Source: Balanoglossus misakiensis (lineage: Eukaryota; Animalia; Hemichordata). From it: DNA of 64,000 nucleotides. The position numbers and the translations under genes were made by a program. Location of the stretch: contig CM082594.2 of assembly GCA_040954595.2 (NCBI GenBank), positions 11,536,276 through 11,600,275 of the forward strand, given 5' to 3'. The notes under the pieces are model-generated. The model saw nothing but the letters and a program-made list of their open reading frames with translations, was not told where the DNA came from and made no database searches. Shown piece by piece: positions 60,377-64,000 of the stretch (the stretch's first letter is position 1; each line of letters opens with the position of its first letter).

Positions 60377-63300
60377 CTAGAATTTACAACAAAAAATCAA
60401 GAAATCCATGTTTATGTGATCATGCATATCATTGCTAATATTGACATGCAATTTCAGCAAATAACCCATAAGCAAACTCAAGGCCAATCAAAAGTTACTC
60501 ACAGCGTCCCACTTGGCTTCCATCTTCTCCTGTTCGAACTTTGCAAATTCTCTCCTGTCGTGGATTGTGGTCAGTATCTTCCAGATGAGCAACAAGGCTA
60601 ACCCGATGAATAGAATTCCCAAGATCACGCCAAGAATTATGAACAAGGCATTGACAGCTACTGGGCATACTGAACACAAGGAAAAAAGAGATACATTCAA
60701 CCAACCTACAAAATCTACTTAATGATATCATACATTCTGTGATCTTCTGAATAAAATTGCAAACGGACCGTAATTTAATTTCCATATACCTTTGTCTTCG
60801 TCAACATAAAGGACGTGAGTTCCATTCTCCAGTTGACCATGGATAAACTCAAATATGCATTCGTCATCGTCATGGTAACGACACACTTCCACACCATCTG
60901 TAAGAGTGAACGCTTCATTAGATTGTTGATGCATACACGGTAGATGAGTATAGGTTTGTCTGTGGTGCAAAGGACAACGCTGGCCTCAGTATATGCATAC
61001 GGATAAGGTGTGTTACAAAACATTGCATTTATTTACCTCTTTCAATTTCTGGGACCATGGTAACAGGGTAAGGACACTCCTCACACTCGTCCTCCGTCAG
61101 ATTGCCTGATTGATAGGCTTGACACTGAACACAGGCTTTGCTATTAAGACATCTGTTCACTTCACACACACCAACGTAAGCCTGGAATACAAGTCACATG
61201 GTGAAATTCATGGTGAACGCAACCAACAAAACATTCCAATGACATTGAACAGTTTTGGTTAGCATTTGCCAGTAATAGTATGTTCACTTCGTGAGAGAGT
61301 TATATAACGAATGTTGAGTTATTATGCAAATCGTGACTACATACTCACCTGTCCTATAGGACAGTCTTCGCATGTGGGTCCCGAGTACAGCGTTAGGGTA
61401 GAATTACATACACACTTGCCACAGTTGCAGAAACCAACGCCATTACACTCTTCCTGCACGAGAAAGCAAACAGAAACCCTCGTGTGTAAACCCTGAGCTC
61501 TTCCAGAATTAAAAGACCTCAAAGAAGACGCAGGACCACTTATAAACGTACATCACTTCAAAATACCAATGGGAGTTAAGGCCTACCCCGTTTGCGGCGA
61601 TACAAGCTGCATTGGATGCAGGACATTCACAGGCCGAACCGATCCACTGATCGCGGCACACGCAGACACTCCTGTGAAGTACTTCATCGCAGACACATTC
61701 TCCGTGGCTGAGACCTTCAGAAAAAAAAGACAGTACAATGGAACTGTTTTTCATCAGACAGGACATTTCTGAACATGGTTTTGGGTGTTCATCTTGAATT
61801 AAGTGACTAATTGATTTGAGAAATTACCTCCACAGACAAGTCCACCAGACCGATCACATGACTGAGTGTCGCATTCACAGAATGGACCACTTCTCTGCAA
61901 ATAATAAAAGCACAAATATATCCTCTTATATACATGCAGTTATTTAAAAATAGAGAACACTGTAATCATATACACACGTAATATCTTGTTTCAGTTGGCG
62001 AGAACTTTGTTCACACTTACCCCAGGATTACAGACACATCCACCACAAAGACAAAATCCCTGTCCTGAACATACCAAGGCGCCAGTTGCGTTAGTCCTGC
62101 ATGAAGGAAATACAGGCTCCATGTGAATGAAATTAACTGACTAATTACACCTTTCACATCAATCGATCTATCACTATGGTAGTTCAGAATATTTCTGTAA
62201 TCAAATCAAGGATGCACCAAAAGGGAACGACTCGTGCAACGGCTTCACTGTTAACGCACTCACATTTTACATTGTGTCACATCGTCTGGCCCATCATCCA
62301 CGCTGCTGCATTCACATTTGTCCCCATATCTATTTGGCATACAGTCGCACGCGCTGCAGACCAAGCTTCCGTTGCCAAGAGAACACTGCTTGGCATTGGG
62401 TATCTAGACGGGAACAGAACATTGACCACACAGTCAACAGCTGTTGCAGTTTTGTTTAAATGTTCACTTCTATTGTCATTACTGATTTGTGTCTTAGTAT
62501 GAAGATTTGTATGAAGGGGAACATTTTATTTATAATTCGCAGTGCATAAAATAGACTACTTACACGAACAGCTTCACAATCGCAGCTACAGTCCACCTCA
62601 ATCTGTACCATCAGCGACTCATCAAATCCAATCGGTTTTATTTCAAAGCTGTGAACCAACAAAATAATTACTTGGAGCCCTTCATATTTTTCTGAAATTC
62701 AATTTCATAAACCACCACAGGAAAAGTGTGGGAATGGAGTTATTCGTACCTTTCAAGTGGTCCTGATGGGCATTTGGTTGCGCGTATCCCAATCTGAAAT
62801 TGGACTGTATCTCCGACGCTCAATCCAGAACATTCATTAGATCCGTAGTTGGTGAAATTGCCTAAACACATCGAGTTATAAGATATTTCGATCCCATCAG
62901 GGGCGTCATCCACCATGGTCACCTTTGATGTGATTTTCTGTCGATCAATCAATCAATCTGGTCAGTCAGCCGCTCAATCAATCAAGCAAGCAACCAATGA
63001 CCACGCTGGACCCTGAATGATTGTGTTTGGTGATTTACTCACCTGATAGTTTTCTTTGACAAGTTCTACAATGTTGGATGAATCCGTGGCTAATACACCG
63101 GCTAAGGATCCCTCGATGTGATTGGTCAATTCCTAGGAATTCAAGCGTAAAATATCGCCATTGATAAATTATACACTGTTCTCAATAATTCAAACACGTC
63201 ATCTCACTCTAAACAGAAGCATACCGTCGTTGGTGTTGGGATATCAAACGGGTAACACCACGATGATGGAAAGTCCCACCAAGAGGTTTATATTGGTGGA

Positions 63301-63861
63301 AGTTTTCACAACGTTGCATAAATAAGTTCTAAAGACAGCCCTACCGAGTAGATATCCACTTTATTCTGAGTGACAGCAAAGACTGGAATGATGTTGTGTT
63401 CCTTCATCCTTTTATTGAGTTGACTGATTGATGGGTAGTCCTTCATGGTAATAAACAGAAAGAATAGTGTGTTGGTAATTATTATCTTGGTTCAAAACAG
63501 AATTAACTTCTGTGAAAAACCTCATGACTAAAAGCTCAATTACAAACCGATTATCGTCGTGTTCTATGTTGATCACTTACCAATGAATCGGATTTCATAT
63601 ATTCACCAGTTTCTTCGTCCAAATAACATTCACCGTCGTTAGGTTTCACGATGCCTGCAAGCTATCGAATATGGAAAACAATTTAATCAAATTATAGAGC
63701 TATCTGACCACCTTTACTCGCCTGGGTCAAGGGGGTTCAAATCAATAATATTGTGCAGCAGAAAACGACATAGTTACCTTTCCATCACCGGCGTAGTGAA
63801 AAGAGGCATCGGTCGTGTAAATGATCAAATGTCTGGCTCGTTCTCTCCATCCAATCTGGTC
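59237..63861 (-). CDS. ITGB: Integrin beta subunit, 3' part (15 exons in window; 5' exons lie beyond 64000) with a greatly extended cytoplasmic tail
   Basis: Phase-consistent GT-AG exons: 63778-63861 ([26 protein letters not shown]), 63581-63661 ([14 protein letters not shown]), 63345-63440 ([17 protein letters not shown]), 63043-63132 ([14 protein letters not shown]), 62750-62937, 62564-62648, 62264-62403, 62021-62096, 61828-61894, 61587-61714, 61349-61453 (Cys-rich I-EGF repeats), 61037-61181, 60790-60897 (beta-tail domain), 60503-60669 (TM + [14 protein letters not shown]), 59237-60376 (NPIY, NPTY + extension). Confidence 0.95.
60503..60669 (-). CDS. ITGB: Integrin beta transmembrane / membrane-proximal cytoplasmic exon
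   Basis: [55 protein letters not shown] bounded by cag and gtgagt. Confidence 0.95.
62944..62998. repeat. Degenerate (TCAA)n tetranucleotide repeat in an integrin intron
   Basis: atcaatcaatcaatc...tcaatcaatcaagcaagcaacc directly abutting the acceptor of exon 62750-62937. Confidence 0.7.
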
Positions 63862-64000
63862 CTATCGACAGGTAGAAAAGTGAAGGTTGTTATAAGAGTG
63901 GATCATTTATGTGAAGAATGCCACCATTGGTCCCTTTACACTCGGTCGGCAAAATAAAAAAAAAGACCAATAATGTAAAATTGTTGAACTTACTCTACAC

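Noticed and set aside
1-64000. Prokaryotic interpretation (glycosyltransferase operon, CRISPR or defence system)
   Set aside because: Spliceosomal introns, a metazoan integrin, type II Golgi enzymes and low coding density show animal nuclear DNA; no regularly spaced repeat array was found.

Overview
Eukaryotic, intron-containing, AT-rich animal DNA, most plausibly an invertebrate deuterostome (inference; species not determinable here). Two things dominate. (1) About 9.8-57.4 kb holds a cluster of 11 intact GT31-family (beta-1,3-galactosyltransferase-like) type II Golgi glycosyltransferase genes. Each has one coding exon behind a splice acceptor, and they sit in alternating orientation blocks. 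One copy (51364-52683) looks like the conserved B3GALT1 orthologue; the others are diverged paralogues, with an apparent gene-conversion tract between two inverted copies. (2) From 59.2 kb to the window end lie the last 15 exons of an integrin beta gene on the minus strand. Its cytoplasmic tail does not stop after the second NPxY motif but continues in frame for 358 aa of Gly/Tyr-rich nonapeptide repeats with alternating Asp/Arg; this is the most unusual feature seen. Also present: a phase-consistent spliced minus-strand unit with in-frame stops (53.6-55.4 kb), candidate non-coding 5' exons and promoters, a short MITE-like element, hairpins and simple repeats. No prokaryotic genes, CRISPR arrays, tRNA or rRNA were recognised. 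All calls were made by eye, without database searches.
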